From contig JAJYJJ010000005.1 in the NCBI GenBank assembly GCA_021789595.1, forward strand, positions 44,495-108,494: DNA of 64,000 bases, written 5' to 3'. The notes beneath the pieces are model-generated. The model was not told the DNA's origin and did not search any database. It was given only the letters and a program-made list of their open reading frames with translations. Position 1 is the first letter of the stretch. Each line of letters opens with the position of its first letter. Made by a program: the position numbers and the translations under genes. Origin of the DNA: Nitrospirota bacterium. Its GTDB lineage: Bacteria; Nitrospirota; Thermodesulfovibrionia; UBA6902; JAJYJJ01. Shown in pieces: positions 46,573 to 57,380 of this stretch.

Positions 46573-49170
46573 ATGTCAGAGGTAACCCCATTGATGAGGC
46601 AATACAGCGAGATAAAAGAGCAGTATCCTGATACGATCCTCTTTTTCCGCCTCGGTGATTTTTATGAGATGTTCGGTGAGGATGCCGTTACCGCATCAAA
46701 GGTGCTTCAGATAGCCCTTACAACAAGGGACAAAGGGAAAGAAGACCCCACACCAATGTGCGGCATCCCTTATTTCACAGCGGACACATATATCGGGAAA
46801 CTCATAAAGGCAGGGCATAGGGTTGCTATATGCGAGCAGGTAGAAGACCCGAAAGAGGCAAAGGGGATTGTTAAAAGAGAGGTCGTCAGGGTCATTACAC
46901 CTGGGACATACTTTCCCGAGGATTCAAGGGAGAATGCATATATTGCAAGCTGCTATCCGAAGGACAATATCTACGGCATTGCAGTTGCCGATCTGTCTAC
47001 AGGCGAGTTCTTTCTCTATGAAACACCAGGGCCACTTGATGACGAGCTGGCAAGGTTTGAACCGAGAGAGGTCATCTATCCAATGAGCATGAAATTAAAC
47101 TCCTCATTTACAGAGCCTCTTTCATCATATTATCTCACTGCCTATGATGACTGGTATTTCGACTACCTCGAGGCATACAGGGCGCTCTTAAAGCAGTTCA
47201 AGGTTGCATCCCTTGAGGGTTATGGCTGCGAAGGTATGATCGTGGCTATCTCTTCAGCAGGGGCACTCATCAACTACCTTTCTGAAAATCAGAAGGACAA
47301 TCTCAGTTTCAAGAGGATAAGGCCATTGCAGCAGTCCTCTTACATGTTCCTTGATGCGCAGACACAGAGAAACCTTGAGATAACGAAAAACCTGAGGGAC
47401 GGTTCAAGGGATGGAAGCCTCCTTGGTGTAATGGATGAGACACTTACACCTATGGGTGGAAGACTCCTGAGGGCATGGCTGACAAATCCGCTTTTAGACC
47501 TGAATGAGATATCCGCAAGGCAGGAGGCAGTGGCAACACTGAAGGACGATTATATGCTGCTTGAGGAGATACGGTTTCCCCTCAGGGGGATTTATGATAT
47601 AGAAAGGCTGGCATCAAGGATAGAGCTTGGCAGTGCAAATGCCAGGGATGTAGTATCACTTAAGACATCCCTGAAGGCAATCCCTTCCTTAAAAAAGGCG
47701 CTTACGGAAAAAGACAACCCAAGGCTGAGACGCATATGTGATAACCTCCATGACTTCTCCGGGATTGTCAGCCTCATAGATAAGGCAATAGTGAATAATC
47801 CACCCATAGGTCTCAGGGATGGCGGGATTATCAGGGATGGGTTTAATGCAGAGATAGATGACCTGAGAAAGTTGAGCTCAAGCGGAAAGGACTTTATAGC
47901 ATCCATAGAGCTAAAGGAGAGGCAAAAGACAGGGATTAACTCCCTCAAGGTCGGCTATAACAGGATCTTCGGCTACTACATCGAGATAACAAAAGCAAAC
48001 CTTGAGCAGGTTCCAGCAGACTACATAAGAAAACAGACCCTTGTGAATGCAGAGAGGTTTATAACACCTGAGCTCAAGGAATATGAGACAAGGGTCATCG
48101 GCGCAGAGGAGAGATTAAAGACACTGGAATACGATGTCTTTCAGGATGTAATAGAGACAGTAATAAGGGAGGCCGAGGCCATACACATCACTGCATCTGC
48201 TGTTGCAGAGCTCGATGTCATATGCTCCCTTGCCATAATTGCAAAGAAATACAGATACGAAAGGCCTGTCCTCTATGACGGCGCTGATATATGGATTGCA
48301 GAGGGCAGGCATCCTGTGCTTGAGCGGCTTGAGCTTGGTGAGAGATTTATCCCGAACGACACACTCCTTGATGATGAAAACAGGATGTTGATCATAACAG
48401 GGCCAAACATGGCTGGAAAATCTACATATATGAGGCAGACTGCCCTTATAGTGCTCATGGCACAGATAGGGAGTTTCGTCCCTGCATCTGATGCGAGGAT
48501 AGGGATCGTTGACAGGATATTTACAAGGATCGGGGCATCGGACATAATAACAAAGGGCCAGAGCACATTCATGGTAGAGATGATAGAGACGGCAAATATC
48601 CTGAATAATGCCACAGAGAAAAGCCTTATCATACTCGATGAGGTAGGCAGGGGTACAAGCACATTCGACGGGATCAGTATTGCATGGGCAGTAGCAGAAT
48701 ACATAGCAAAGAGGATAAATGCACGCACCCTGTTTGCAACCCATTATAACGAGCTTACAGAGCTTGGCATTATCATTGATGGCGTGAAAAATCTCAATGT
48801 TGTAGTCAGGGAATGGGGCGATGAGGTCATCTTCCTGAGGAAGATAGAAAATGGCCCTGCTGACAAGAGCTACGGCATCCAGGTTGCAAAACTTGCAGGC
48901 ATCCCTGACGATGTTATCAGCCGGGCAAAGGAGGTCCTTTCAAACCTCGAAAAGACAGAGCTTAACGAGATTGGCGTGCCGAAGATTGCCTATACCCCAG
49001 GTCAGACAAAGGCTGAGAGACAGCTTGACCTTTTTACAACACAGGCAGACCCGCTGATAACAGAACTCCTTGGCCTTGATGTAGCGCAGATGACACCGCT
49101 TGAGGCGCTGAACAAGCTCAATGAGATGAAAAAGAGGATAGGATGGGTCAAGAAAAGGGGCATAGCATGA
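46573..49170 (+). CDS. mutS: DNA mismatch repair protein MutS
   Basis: TPLMRQY, GDFYEMF, TGPNMAGKST, STFMVEM, DEVGRGTS, SYGIQVA. Confidence 0.98.
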   Translation: MSEVTPLMRQYSEIKEQYPDTILFFRLGDFYEMFGEDAVTASKVLQIALTTRDKGKEDPTPMCGIPYFTADTYIGKLIKAGHRVAICEQVEDPKEAKGIVKREVVRVITPGTYFPEDSRENAYIASCYPKDNIYGIAVADLSTGEFFLYETPGPLDDELARFEPREVIYPMSMKLNSSFTEPLSSYYLTAYDDWYFDYLEAYRALLKQFKVASLEGYGCEGMIVAISSAGALINYLSENQKDNLSFKRIRPLQQSSYMFLDAQTQRNLEITKNLRDGSRDGSLLGVMDETLTPMGGRLLRAWLTNPLLDLNEISARQEAVATLKDDYMLLEEIRFPLRGIYDIERLASRIELGSANARDVVSLKTSLKAIPSLKKALTEKDNPRLRRICDNLHDFSGIVSLIDKAIVNNPPIGLRDGGIIRDGFNAEIDDLRKLSSSGKDFIASIELKERQKTGINSLKVGYNRIFGYYIEITKANLEQVPADYIRKQTLVNAERFITPELKEYETRVIGAEERLKTLEYDVFQDVIETVIREAEAIHITASAVAELDVICSLAIIAKKYRYERPVLYDGADIWIAEGRHPVLERLELGERFIPNDTLLDDENRMLIITGPNMAGKSTYMRQTALIVLMAQIGSFVPASDARIGIVDRIFTRIGASDIITKGQSTFMVEMIETANILNNATEKSLIILDEVGRGTSTFDGISIAWAVAEYIAKRINARTLFATHYNELTELGIIIDGVKNLNVVVREWGDEVIFLRKIENGPADKSYGIQVAKLAGIPDDVISRAKEVLSNLEKTELNEIGVPKIAYTPGQTKAERQLDLFTTQADPLITELLGLDVAQMTPLEALNKLNEMKKRIGWVKKRGIA

Positions 49171-50375
49171 TAGAGGTGAGCATAAACAGGGGTATCGGTA
49201 TATCAGGCCAGAGGGTTGAGATTGTTGAGAGAAAGGGATTAGGCCATCCTGACTATATCTGTGATTCTATAATGGAGGCAATCTCAGTTGCCATTTCAAA
49301 GGAGTATCTAAGGGAATTCGGTGCTGTCTTACACCACAACATAGACAAGGGCCTGCTTGCAGCAGGTGAGGTGAGGATAGATTTCCAGGGCGGAGATGTC
49401 ATAAGACCCATGGAGCTTACCATAGGCGACAGGGCAACCTTTGAGGCAATGGGCAAGAGGATCCCTGTTACAGAGATTGCCATAGAGGCTGCAAAGAAAT
49501 GGATTAAAGAAAACCTGAGATTTGTCAGGCCAGAGGAGCATGTAACCTATCGTCTGGTCCTTGCACCTGGCTCCATAGAACTATCGGATATATTTAAAAG
49601 GAGGGGCGAAGTCCTTGGTGCAAACGATACATCAGCAGCAGTTGGCTATTATCCCCTCAGCCCAACAGAGATGGCAGTCCTCAGTCTTGAAAGATACCTG
49701 AATTCCAGTGCATTTAAAGAAATGCATCCTGAAACCGGCGAGGATGTAAAGGTGATGGGTCTAAGGAATAGCAGGAGACTTGATCTGACAGTTGCCATGC
49801 CCATGCTCTCAGCTTATATATCATCAGAAGGGGAGTATTTTCAAAAGAAGGAAGAACTTCATTCTGAGATGTACAGATTTACTGAGAAGGATTCTGGGAA
49901 TCATTTTGAGGACATAGAAATACACTTTAATACCCTTGATGAAAAAGGCAGGGGCATTGGCGGCATATATCTCAGCCTTCTTGGGACATCAGCAGAGGAT
50001 GCGGATTCAGGTCAGGTTGGAAGGGGAAACAGGGTCAATGGACTTATATCCATGAACAGGCCCATGGGCACAGAGGCAGCCGCAGGGAAAAACCCGGTAA
50101 GCCATGTTGGAAAGATATACAATATCCTGTCCCACAGGATTGCAAAGGAGATATATGATAAGGTTCAGGGCATTGAAGAGGTCTATGTCCTTCTGTTAAG
50201 CAGGATAGGCACACCAATAGACAAGCCCCAGGTTGCATCCATACAGATTACAGCAGAGGAAGGGCTATCAGAAGAGGATGCAGTAAGACAAAGCAGGGCC
50301 ATAATGGAAGATGCATTATCAAAGATAGGGTCTTTCTGTATGGAGCTGTCTCAAGGCAGATACCCTGTCTGTTGA
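49167..50375 (+). CDS. mat: archaeal-type S-adenosylmethionine synthetase
   Basis: EIVERKGLGHPD, LHHNIDK, ANDTS, GEDVKVMG, DSGQVGRGNRVNG, GKNPVSHVGKIYN; ATG overlaps the mutS stop. Confidence 0.92.
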   Translation: MIEVSINRGIGISGQRVEIVERKGLGHPDYICDSIMEAISVAISKEYLREFGAVLHHNIDKGLLAAGEVRIDFQGGDVIRPMELTIGDRATFEAMGKRIPVTEIAIEAAKKWIKENLRFVRPEEHVTYRLVLAPGSIELSDIFKRRGEVLGANDTSAAVGYYPLSPTEMAVLSLERYLNSSAFKEMHPETGEDVKVMGLRNSRRLDLTVAMPMLSAYISSEGEYFQKKEELHSEMYRFTEKDSGNHFEDIEIHFNTLDEKGRGIGGIYLSLLGTSAEDADSGQVGRGNRVNGLISMNRPMGTEAAAGKNPVSHVGKIYNILSHRIAKEIYDKVQGIEEVYVLLLSRIGTPIDKPQVASIQITAEEGLSEEDAVRQSRAIMEDALSKIGSFCMELSQGRYPVC

Positions 50376-50388
50376 GTAATACCTTGGC

Positions 50389-51372
50389 TTATATCCTCAT
50401 TGCCTCTCTTGCCATGGTCATGGTCACTGTAGCGGCCTTCCTGGCCTTTTTTATCCCTTCCTCCACTATGTCGCTTAAGACATCCGGATGCTGTAAAAGT
50501 TCATTCCTCTTTTCCCAGATGGGCTCCATTACCCCAAAGATATTCTTTATAAGAATCCTCTTGCATTCGATACAACCAATGCCAGCGGTCCTGCAGCCTG
50601 AGGCACAGAACTGCTGCTCCTCCTTTGACGAGAATATCTTATGCATGGTAAAGACAGGGCATATCTCAGGCTCTCCAGGGTCTGTCTTTTTTACCCTTGC
50701 AGGGTCTGTCATCATTGTAAGAAGCTTTTGCTCTACATCCTTCGGCGGATCTGAAAGGTAGATGGCATTTCCATAGCTCTTGCTCATCTTTCTCCCATCA
50801 ATACCGGGGAGCTTTGGAAATTCTGTCAACATGGCCTCTGGCTCTGGAAAGATATTTCCATAGAGGAAATTAAATCTCCTTGCAATCTCCCTTGTAATCT
50901 CAAGATGCGGGATCTGGTCTATTCCAACAGGCACATATTGCGCCCTGTATATCAGTATATCAGCGGATTGAAGCACAGGATAACCAAGGAATCCGTATGT
51001 ACCCAAGTCCCTGTCCTTAATCTCCTCCTGCTTTTCCTTGTATGTGGGAACCCTCTCAAGCCATCCAAGCGGTGTTATCATGGAAAACAGCAGATGAAGT
51101 TCTGCATGTTCAAGAACCCTTGACTGGATGAATATGGTGCACTTCTGAGGGTCAATGCCTGCTGCAAGCCAGTTAATGAGGACATCCTTTACATTCTCCC
51201 TTATCAGGCTTGTATCTGTGTAAAGGGTTGTAAGGGAATGCCAGTCCGCAATAAAATAGTAGCAGTCATAATCCCGCTGAAGCCTTACCCAGTTTTGAAG
51301 TGCACCTACAAGATTGCCGAGGTGGAGCCTTCCGCTTGACTGCATGCCGCTTAATACCCTTTGTTTTGCCAT
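50389..51372 (-). CDS. trpS: tryptophanyl-tRNA synthetase
   Basis: SGRLHLGN, YPVLQSADIL, VPVGIDQ, KMSKS. Confidence 0.97.
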   Translation of the reverse strand: MAKQRVLSGMQSSGRLHLGNLVGALQNWVRLQRDYDCYYFIADWHSLTTLYTDTSLIRENVKDVLINWLAAGIDPQKCTIFIQSRVLEHAELHLLFSMITPLGWLERVPTYKEKQEEIKDRDLGTYGFLGYPVLQSADILIYRAQYVPVGIDQIPHLEITREIARRFNFLYGNIFPEPEAMLTEFPKLPGIDGRKMSKSYGNAIYLSDPPKDVEQKLLTMMTDPARVKKTDPGEPEICPVFTMHKIFSSKEEQQFCASGCRTAGIGCIECKRILIKNIFGVMEPIWEKRNELLQHPDVLSDIVEEGIKKARKAATVTMTMAREAMRI

Positions 51373-51380
51373 ATAAGAAC

Positions 51381-52052
51381 TCAGAATCTAATAACAGACA
51401 AGATGTCAAGGATTAATCTTGCTAAGGGCATCACAAAATAATCTGTCATGCCTGTTGCAATCAGTATCAGAAGGATTACCATGCCGTATGGTTCTATCTT
51501 GCTAAAGGCAATTGCCTGCCTATACGGAAGGATTCCTGTTAAAACCCTGCCTCCATCAAGCGGAGGGATCGGGATAAGGTTAAATGCGGCAAGGAATATA
51601 TTCATCATAACACTCGCCTTTAACATGAGGATAATTGGTTTTAGCACCTTACCTGCTATCATATGGGATGAGATATCCCCTGCAAATGGGAATATAAACC
51701 TCAGGATGAGCATGCTTATTGCGGCAAGGATGATATTTGTAACAGGCCCTGCTGCAGCGCTGATTGCCATGTCCTTTCTGGGGTTTTTAAAGTTCAGGGG
51801 ATTAATGGGCACGGGCTTTGCATATCCGAATGCAAACTGCCCGTCTGAAAGGACAAGCAAGAGAATTGGCATTATTATCGTCCCGAATATGTCAATATGG
51901 GCTATAGGATTCAGCGTAAGCCTGCCCATAAGTTTCGCTGTCTTATCACCAAGCATATAGGCCACATATCCGTGTGAAAGCTCATGGAGGGTTATACTCA
52001 CAAGGATTGGCAGAAGGTAGACGGAGACCCGTTGTATTATTGTGTCGTTCAA
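51381..52052 (-). CDS. site-2 protease (M50)
   Basis: HELSH, AAAGP, FNLIPIPPLDG. Confidence 0.93.
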   Translation of the reverse strand: MNDTIIQRVSVYLLPILVSITLHELSHGYVAYMLGDKTAKLMGRLTLNPIAHIDIFGTIIMPILLLVLSDGQFAFGYAKPVPINPLNFKNPRKDMAISAAAGPVTNIILAAISMLILRFIFPFAGDISSHMIAGKVLKPIILMLKASVMMNIFLAAFNLIPIPPLDGGRVLTGILPYRQAIAFSKIEPYGMVILLILIATGMTDYFVMPLARLILDILSVIRF

Positions 52053-53897
52053 TTATTTTACCTTTATCAGGGCCTCATCTGGATTTACCATGTCGCCCTC
52101 TGCAACATATATATCCTTTACAATACCGTCTATTGGCGTATGTATCTCGTTTTCCATCTTCATCGCCTCAACGACCAAAACCGTATCCCCTGCCTTTACC
52201 TTATCACCCCTCTTGACCCTGAGTTTCACAACAGTGCCTGGCATCGGGCTTGTAACATCCCCTTCTTCCTGCGCCTTTGGCCTTGTGGACTGGCCAAGGG
52301 CCTTTACATCAATCTTCCCTTCTTCGCTCGGCAGCACCTCAGTGAGGGGCTCGACAAGCACCTCTACGAGCTGGTCGTCCACATAGAGGAAATACGGCCT
52401 CTTGCCCTCTGATTTGTGGCCCTTGCCTCCAACCTTTATGTGGTATGTCTCACCGTGCACATGAACCATAAACTCTGAAGGCGCAAGATGAGGGCCTGCC
52501 TCCTCTGTCTTTGGCGGTTCCGGTTTCTTTATCTCCTCAGGAGGAAGTCCCTTTTCCCTCAGCTCTGCAAACTCAAGGAATATCTTCGGGAATAAGGCAT
52601 AGGATATGACATCCTCAATACTCTTTGCCTTGTCGCCAACCTCTTTTTTAGCCTTCTGCATCTCAGGCTCAATAAGGTCTGCAGGCCTCACCGTTACAGG
52701 CTCTTCATCGCCGAGCACCTTTTTCAGCACCTCTTTATTAACAGGTGCAGGCGGCTTTCCATAAAGTCCTTTAAGATATGCCTTGACCTCGCTTGTCACA
52801 ACCTTATACCGCTCGCCGGTGACGATGTTCAATGTAGCCTGGGTTCCAACAATCTGGCTTGACGGCGTGACAAGGGGGGGATAACCGAACTCTTCCCTCA
52901 CCCTTGGAACCTCATTCATCACATCGGTCATCCTGTCAAGGGCATTCTGCTCCTTAAGCTGTGTGGCAAGGTTAGAGAGCATCCCTCCGGGAACCTGGTA
53001 TATCAGGGCATTAGGGTCTATCCATGTATATTCGCTTTCATAGGCGTGGTATTTCCTGCGGACATTCCTGAAATAATCCGCAATCTCGCCAAGCAGTATA
53101 AAATCAAACTGAGGGTCGTACTCCGAGCCCCTCAGGATGTTTACAATCGTCTCAAGCGGCGGCTGGCTCGTCCCGGATGCCATGGAGGATATGGCCGTAT
53201 CAATTATATCAATTCCTGCCTCTATGGCCTTGAGGGTTGTTGCAGTAGCCATGCCGCTTGTATCATGGGTATGCAGGTGTATAGGCACGCCGATTGCTTT
53301 TTTAAGCCTGCTGACAAGGTCATAGGCATCAAGCGGCGAAAGCAGCCCTGCCATATCCTTTATGCATATGGTGTCTGCACCCATGTCCTCAAGCCGCCTT
53401 GCCATATCGACAAAGACATTGTTGTTGTATATGGGGCCAAGCGTGTAACAGAAGGCAGTTTCAACCTTTCCGCCGTGTTTCAGGGTGGCCTTGACCGCCG
53501 TCTTTATATTTCTGAAATCATTGAGGGCATCAAATATCCTCATTATATTTATGCCGTTTTCTATAGCCTTCTCAACAAAGGACTCTACAACATCATCTGC
53601 ATAATGCCTGTAGCCGACAATATTCTGTCCTCTCAGAAGCATCTGAAATGGGGTCTTTGGCATGACCTCCTTGAGCTTCCTCAACCTCTCCCATGGGTCT
53701 TCCCTTAAAAATCTAAGGCATGTATCAAAGGTTGCTCCGCCCCATATCTCCACAGACCAGTAGCCAACAGAGTCAACCTTCTCTGCAATAGGCAGCAGGT
53801 CATCAAGACGCATCCTCGTTGCAAGCAAGGACTGATGGGCATCCCTGAATGTGGTATCCATTACCTTGATCTTCTTATTATTCTGTCTCTTTGGCAT
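52053..53897 (-). CDS. pycB: pyruvate carboxylase subunit B (carboxyltransferase + biotin carrier; OadA-like)
   Basis: RDAHQSLLATR, WGGATFD, KDMAG, HTH, VTPSSQIVG, EAMKM. Confidence 0.88.
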   Translation of the reverse strand: MPKRQNNKKIKVMDTTFRDAHQSLLATRMRLDDLLPIAEKVDSVGYWSVEIWGGATFDTCLRFLREDPWERLRKLKEVMPKTPFQMLLRGQNIVGYRHYADDVVESFVEKAIENGINIMRIFDALNDFRNIKTAVKATLKHGGKVETAFCYTLGPIYNNNVFVDMARRLEDMGADTICIKDMAGLLSPLDAYDLVSRLKKAIGVPIHLHTHDTSGMATATTLKAIEAGIDIIDTAISSMASGTSQPPLETIVNILRGSEYDPQFDFILLGEIADYFRNVRRKYHAYESEYTWIDPNALIYQVPGGMLSNLATQLKEQNALDRMTDVMNEVPRVREEFGYPPLVTPSSQIVGTQATLNIVTGERYKVVTSEVKAYLKGLYGKPPAPVNKEVLKKVLGDEEPVTVRPADLIEPEMQKAKKEVGDKAKSIEDVISYALFPKIFLEFAELREKGLPPEEIKKPEPPKTEEAGPHLAPSEFMVHVHGETYHIKVGGKGHKSEGKRPYFLYVDDQLVEVLVEPLTEVLPSEEGKIDVKALGQSTRPKAQEEGDVTSPMPGTVVKLRVKRGDKVKAGDTVLVVEAMKMENEIHTPIDGIVKDIYVAEGDMVNPDEALIKVK

Positions 53898-53952
53898 CTC
53901 TATCTCTCCAGTCGGTTTTCAGGCTATATCTAATCCTTATATAAATTATAAA

Positions 53953-55368
53953 TCATGTCCTTGAATGCGCTGCAATAGCAGCAGAGATCGCAAGCACAAG
54001 GTCTGCGGGGTCTCTTTCACATATATAACTCAATTGTTCAAGCCGTTCATCTATATAGCTCGTTGAGAATTCTCCTTTTATGAACTTTTCATCCTCCATC
54101 ACCTTTTTATAGAAAGGTATAGTCGTCTTAACTCCTCTGATCACATACTCACTGAGACATCTATGCATTCTTTTGACAGCCTCCTGCCATGTCCTTCCCT
54201 TTACAGTGAGCTTTGCAAGCAGGGAATCATAGTAAGGCGGTATAGTATAACCCCTATAGACATTGCCGTCGATCCTGACGCCAGGGCCGCCAGGGGAATA
54301 ATAGCCTGTAACCCTGCCTGTCACAGGAAGAAAACTATTCATAGGGTCTTCTGCATTTATCCTGCATTCAATAGCATAGCCATTTATCTTTACATCATCC
54401 TGCCTGATCTCAAGGGGTTCGCCTGCTGCAATCCTTATCATGGTCTGCACAATGTCTATACCTGTGACCTCTTCCGTGATTGTGTGCTCCACCTGTATCC
54501 TTGTGTTCATCTCAATAAAGTAGAAGTTCTTTTGCCTGTCAACAAGAAATTCAATAGTCCCAACATTGTCATAGTTGACTGCCTTTGAAATCCTTATTGC
54601 AGCCTCACCCATCCTGTTCCTTGTCTCTTCATCAAGCAGAAGAGAAGGGGCTATCTCTATCAGCTTCTGGTGTCTCCTCTGTATGGAGCAATCCCTCTCG
54701 CCCAGGTGTATAACATTGCCATACCTGTCAGCAACGATCTGGAACTCGATATGATGCGGCTCTTCGATGTATTTCTCGAGGAATATGCTGTCATCCCCAA
54801 ATGCCTTTTTTGCCTCTGACATTGCAATAGGTAAAAGTCTCCTCAGGTCTTTCTCATCTCTGCATATCCTCAATCCCCTGCCGCCTCCGCCAGCAGAGGC
54901 CTTAAGCATCACAGGGTAGCCTATATCCTTTGCAGCCCCGGCTGCACTATCAACAGATGGGATGGAATCTGTTCCAGGGACAATCGGCACCCCAACCTCC
55001 TTTGCTATCTTCCTTGCCCTTATCTTATCACCCATAGCCATTATCGCATTGGAATTAGGCCCTATGAATGTAATCCCTGCATCCTCGCATGCCTTTGCAA
55101 AATCGGCATTTTCTGCAAGAAACCCATATCCAGGATGGATTGCATCTGCGCCCCTTTGCTTTGCAAGGTCTATGATCCTGTATATATTGAGATAACCTGC
55201 AAGGGGGCCAGGGCCGACAAGACAGGCCTCGTCTGCCTTTTTTACATATAAGGTTGTTGCATCGGCCTCTGAGTGGATAGCAACCGTTGTAAGGCCAAGC
55301 TCCTTACATGCCCTTATTATCCTCAGGGCAATCTCTCCCCTGTTTGCAATCAAAATCTTATTGACCAT
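53953..55368 (-). CDS. pycA: biotin carboxylase (pyruvate carboxylase subunit A)
   Basis: ANRGEIA, HPGYGFLAEN, GGGGRG, ERDCSIQRRHQK, EMNTRIQVEH; start moved to ATG 55368. Confidence 0.88.
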   Translation of the reverse strand: MVNKILIANRGEIALRIIRACKELGLTTVAIHSEADATTLYVKKADEACLVGPGPLAGYLNIYRIIDLAKQRGADAIHPGYGFLAENADFAKACEDAGITFIGPNSNAIMAMGDKIRARKIAKEVGVPIVPGTDSIPSVDSAAGAAKDIGYPVMLKASAGGGGRGLRICRDEKDLRRLLPIAMSEAKKAFGDDSIFLEKYIEEPHHIEFQIVADRYGNVIHLGERDCSIQRRHQKLIEIAPSLLLDEETRNRMGEAAIRISKAVNYDNVGTIEFLVDRQKNFYFIEMNTRIQVEHTITEEVTGIDIVQTMIRIAAGEPLEIRQDDVKINGYAIECRINAEDPMNSFLPVTGRVTGYYSPGGPGVRIDGNVYRGYTIPPYYDSLLAKLTVKGRTWQEAVKRMHRCLSEYVIRGVKTTIPFYKKVMEDEKFIKGEFSTSYIDERLEQLSYICERDPADLVLAISAAIAAHSRT

Positions 55369-55538
55369 AGAAGAAAATAATAAGTTTTTACCGTGTCCTT
55401 TGTCAAGCAACAGCGTTGTAAGTCTGCAAAAGGGTTATCAAGGTTGTGCATCAAGGATTAGAAAACCTGCCTCTTGCAAGGCCTTCTGACTGTTTCAGAC
55501 CTTAGGTCTTCAATGTCTGTTATATGTTATTATAAAAG

Positions 55539-56156
55539 ATGTTTGAGGCGATCATAAAGGCCCTCGGTCTGTTTGCAATAGGTATTATCTCAAGGCTTGG
55601 ATACTGGGGCATCATTGCAGGCATGGCCATAGAAAGCGCCTGCATACCCCTTCCAAGCGAGGTAATAATGCCGTTTTCTGGGTACCTTGTTTTCAAGAAC
55701 CGTCTTGACCTCTGGTATGTGAGTCTTAGCGGCGCACTGGGCTGTGTTATCGGCTCAGTTATCGCCTATATTGCTGGCGCATACGGAGGAAGGCCATTTC
55801 TTGAGAGATACGGCAGGTATGTGCTTATCAGCCACAGGGATATTGCAACAGCAGACAGATGGTTTGAAAAATATGGCGACAGGGCCATCTTCATGAGCCG
55901 GCTCATGCCTGTAATAAGGACATTTATCTCGCTTCCAGCAGGGATTGCGAGGATGAACTTTCTCAGGTTTGTCCTTTACACCTTTCTTGGTTCCCTGCCG
56001 TGGTGCTTTGCGCTTACATTCATAGGACTAAAACTTGGGAAAAACTGGGATACGCTCGGCAGGTATTTCCATAGATTAGACATGATCATCGTCATCGGGC
56101 TTATAGCAATAATTATGTATTTCATATGGAGGCATTGGCCTGGGAAAAGGAGATAG
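55539..56156 (+). CDS. dedA: DedA family membrane protein
   Basis: ESACIPLPSEVIMP, SRLMPVIRTFISLPAG. Confidence 0.92.
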   Translation: MFEAIIKALGLFAIGIISRLGYWGIIAGMAIESACIPLPSEVIMPFSGYLVFKNRLDLWYVSLSGALGCVIGSVIAYIAGAYGGRPFLERYGRYVLISHRDIATADRWFEKYGDRAIFMSRLMPVIRTFISLPAGIARMNFLRFVLYTFLGSLPWCFALTFIGLKLGKNWDTLGRYFHRLDMIIVIGLIAIIMYFIWRHWPGKRR

Positions 56157-56164
56157 ACAGGCAG

Positions 56165-56884
56165 ATGGAAACAAAAGAGTTCACCACCGACACCATAAGG
56201 GACATAAGGATATTGCAGAGTAAAAGAGGTTATCGCTTCTCTGTTGATGCACTCTTGCTCTATCATTTTGTAGATCTGCCGCGATGTAGAAGGATAGCGG
56301 ACATTGGCGCAGGCTCGGGGATCATATCCATTCTTCTTGCAAAGAAATACCCTGATGCAAAGCTCTCAGCCATAGAGATCCAAAAAGTGCTCTATGAGCT
56401 TGCCCTGAGGAATATCCACGAAAACGGGCTGCAAAAACAGATAGAGGTCTTACAGAGGGATATTAAGGCATACAGGAAGATATTTAAACCAGGGACATTT
56501 GACCTTGCTGTATCCAACCCGCCATTCAGAAGGCCGCTGAGCGGCCTTGTAAGCCCAGAGGCAGAAAGGGCAATTGCAAGGCATGAGATAAAGATAACCC
56601 TGTCAGATCTGATAAAGGCCGCATCCTACCTACTAAAGGTAAGGGGCCGTTTTGACATCATCTATCACCCATCAAGGCTAACCGAGCTGATAACGACAAT
56701 GAAAAGGCATGACCTTGAGCCAAAGAGGCTGAGGTCTGTCCATTCAAAGCCTGGTGATGAGGCAAAGATGATACTCCTTGAGGCAGTTAAATCAGGAAGG
56801 ACTGAACTAAGGGTTGAGCAGCCTCTATACATCTATAACGAGGACGGCAGCTATTCTCCTGAGATGGTGGAAATCTATGGATAA
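56165..56884 (+). CDS. tRNA1(Val) A37 N6-methyltransferase-like
   Basis: GYRFSVDALLL, DIGAGSG, SNPPF, ARHE; start uncertain (track gives 56126). Confidence 0.85.
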   Translation: METKEFTTDTIRDIRILQSKRGYRFSVDALLLYHFVDLPRCRRIADIGAGSGIISILLAKKYPDAKLSAIEIQKVLYELALRNIHENGLQKQIEVLQRDIKAYRKIFKPGTFDLAVSNPPFRRPLSGLVSPEAERAIARHEIKITLSDLIKAASYLLKVRGRFDIIYHPSRLTELITTMKRHDLEPKRLRSVHSKPGDEAKMILLEAVKSGRTELRVEQPLYIYNEDGSYSPEMVEIYG

Positions 56885-56898
56885 GCAGGAATAGATCT

Positions 56899-57366
56899 CT
56901 ATTCGGTATTGCATGGTGGGATGGTCTCCTTCAGTCTTTTTAGCCTTGAAGGTGTAAATTCAGCCTTGAGTTTGAATCCAGGATCGGCATATCCATCCCT
57001 TTTCTTTATCAAGAGCCATTCCTTTTTCTTTCCGTGCATCCGTGTCAGAACAAAGCCGCCCTTGAGTTTTTTCCCGTGGAGTATGAACTCTATCTTTCCC
57101 TGATTCAGATCCCCGGAGATAGGTTCATAGCCTCCAGTATCCCAGATAATCACAGGCCCTGCGCCGTAATAGCCTTTTGGTATTATTCCCTCAAAGGTGC
57201 CATATCCCAGCGGATGGTCATCAACAATTACTGCAAGCCTCTTTTCTGAGGGGTTCATCGAAGGCCCCTTTGGTACTGCCCAGGATTTCAATACCCCATC
57301 AATCTCAAGCCTGAAATCGAAATGGAGGTTTGTTGCATGATGCTCATGGACAACAAATACTGGCAT
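56899..57366 (-). CDS. stand-alone LigD 3'-phosphoesterase domain
   Basis: FVVHEHHATNLHFDFRLE, SWAVPKGP, DHPL-Y--FEG-IP, WD-G-Y, WLLIK. Confidence 0.92.
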   Translation of the reverse strand: MPVFVVHEHHATNLHFDFRLEIDGVLKSWAVPKGPSMNPSEKRLAVIVDDHPLGYGTFEGIIPKGYYGAGPVIIWDTGGYEPISGDLNQGKIEFILHGKKLKGGFVLTRMHGKKKEWLLIKKRDGYADPGFKLKAEFTPSRLKRLKETIPPCNTE

Positions 57367-57380
57367 ATCACCTCAATTTT

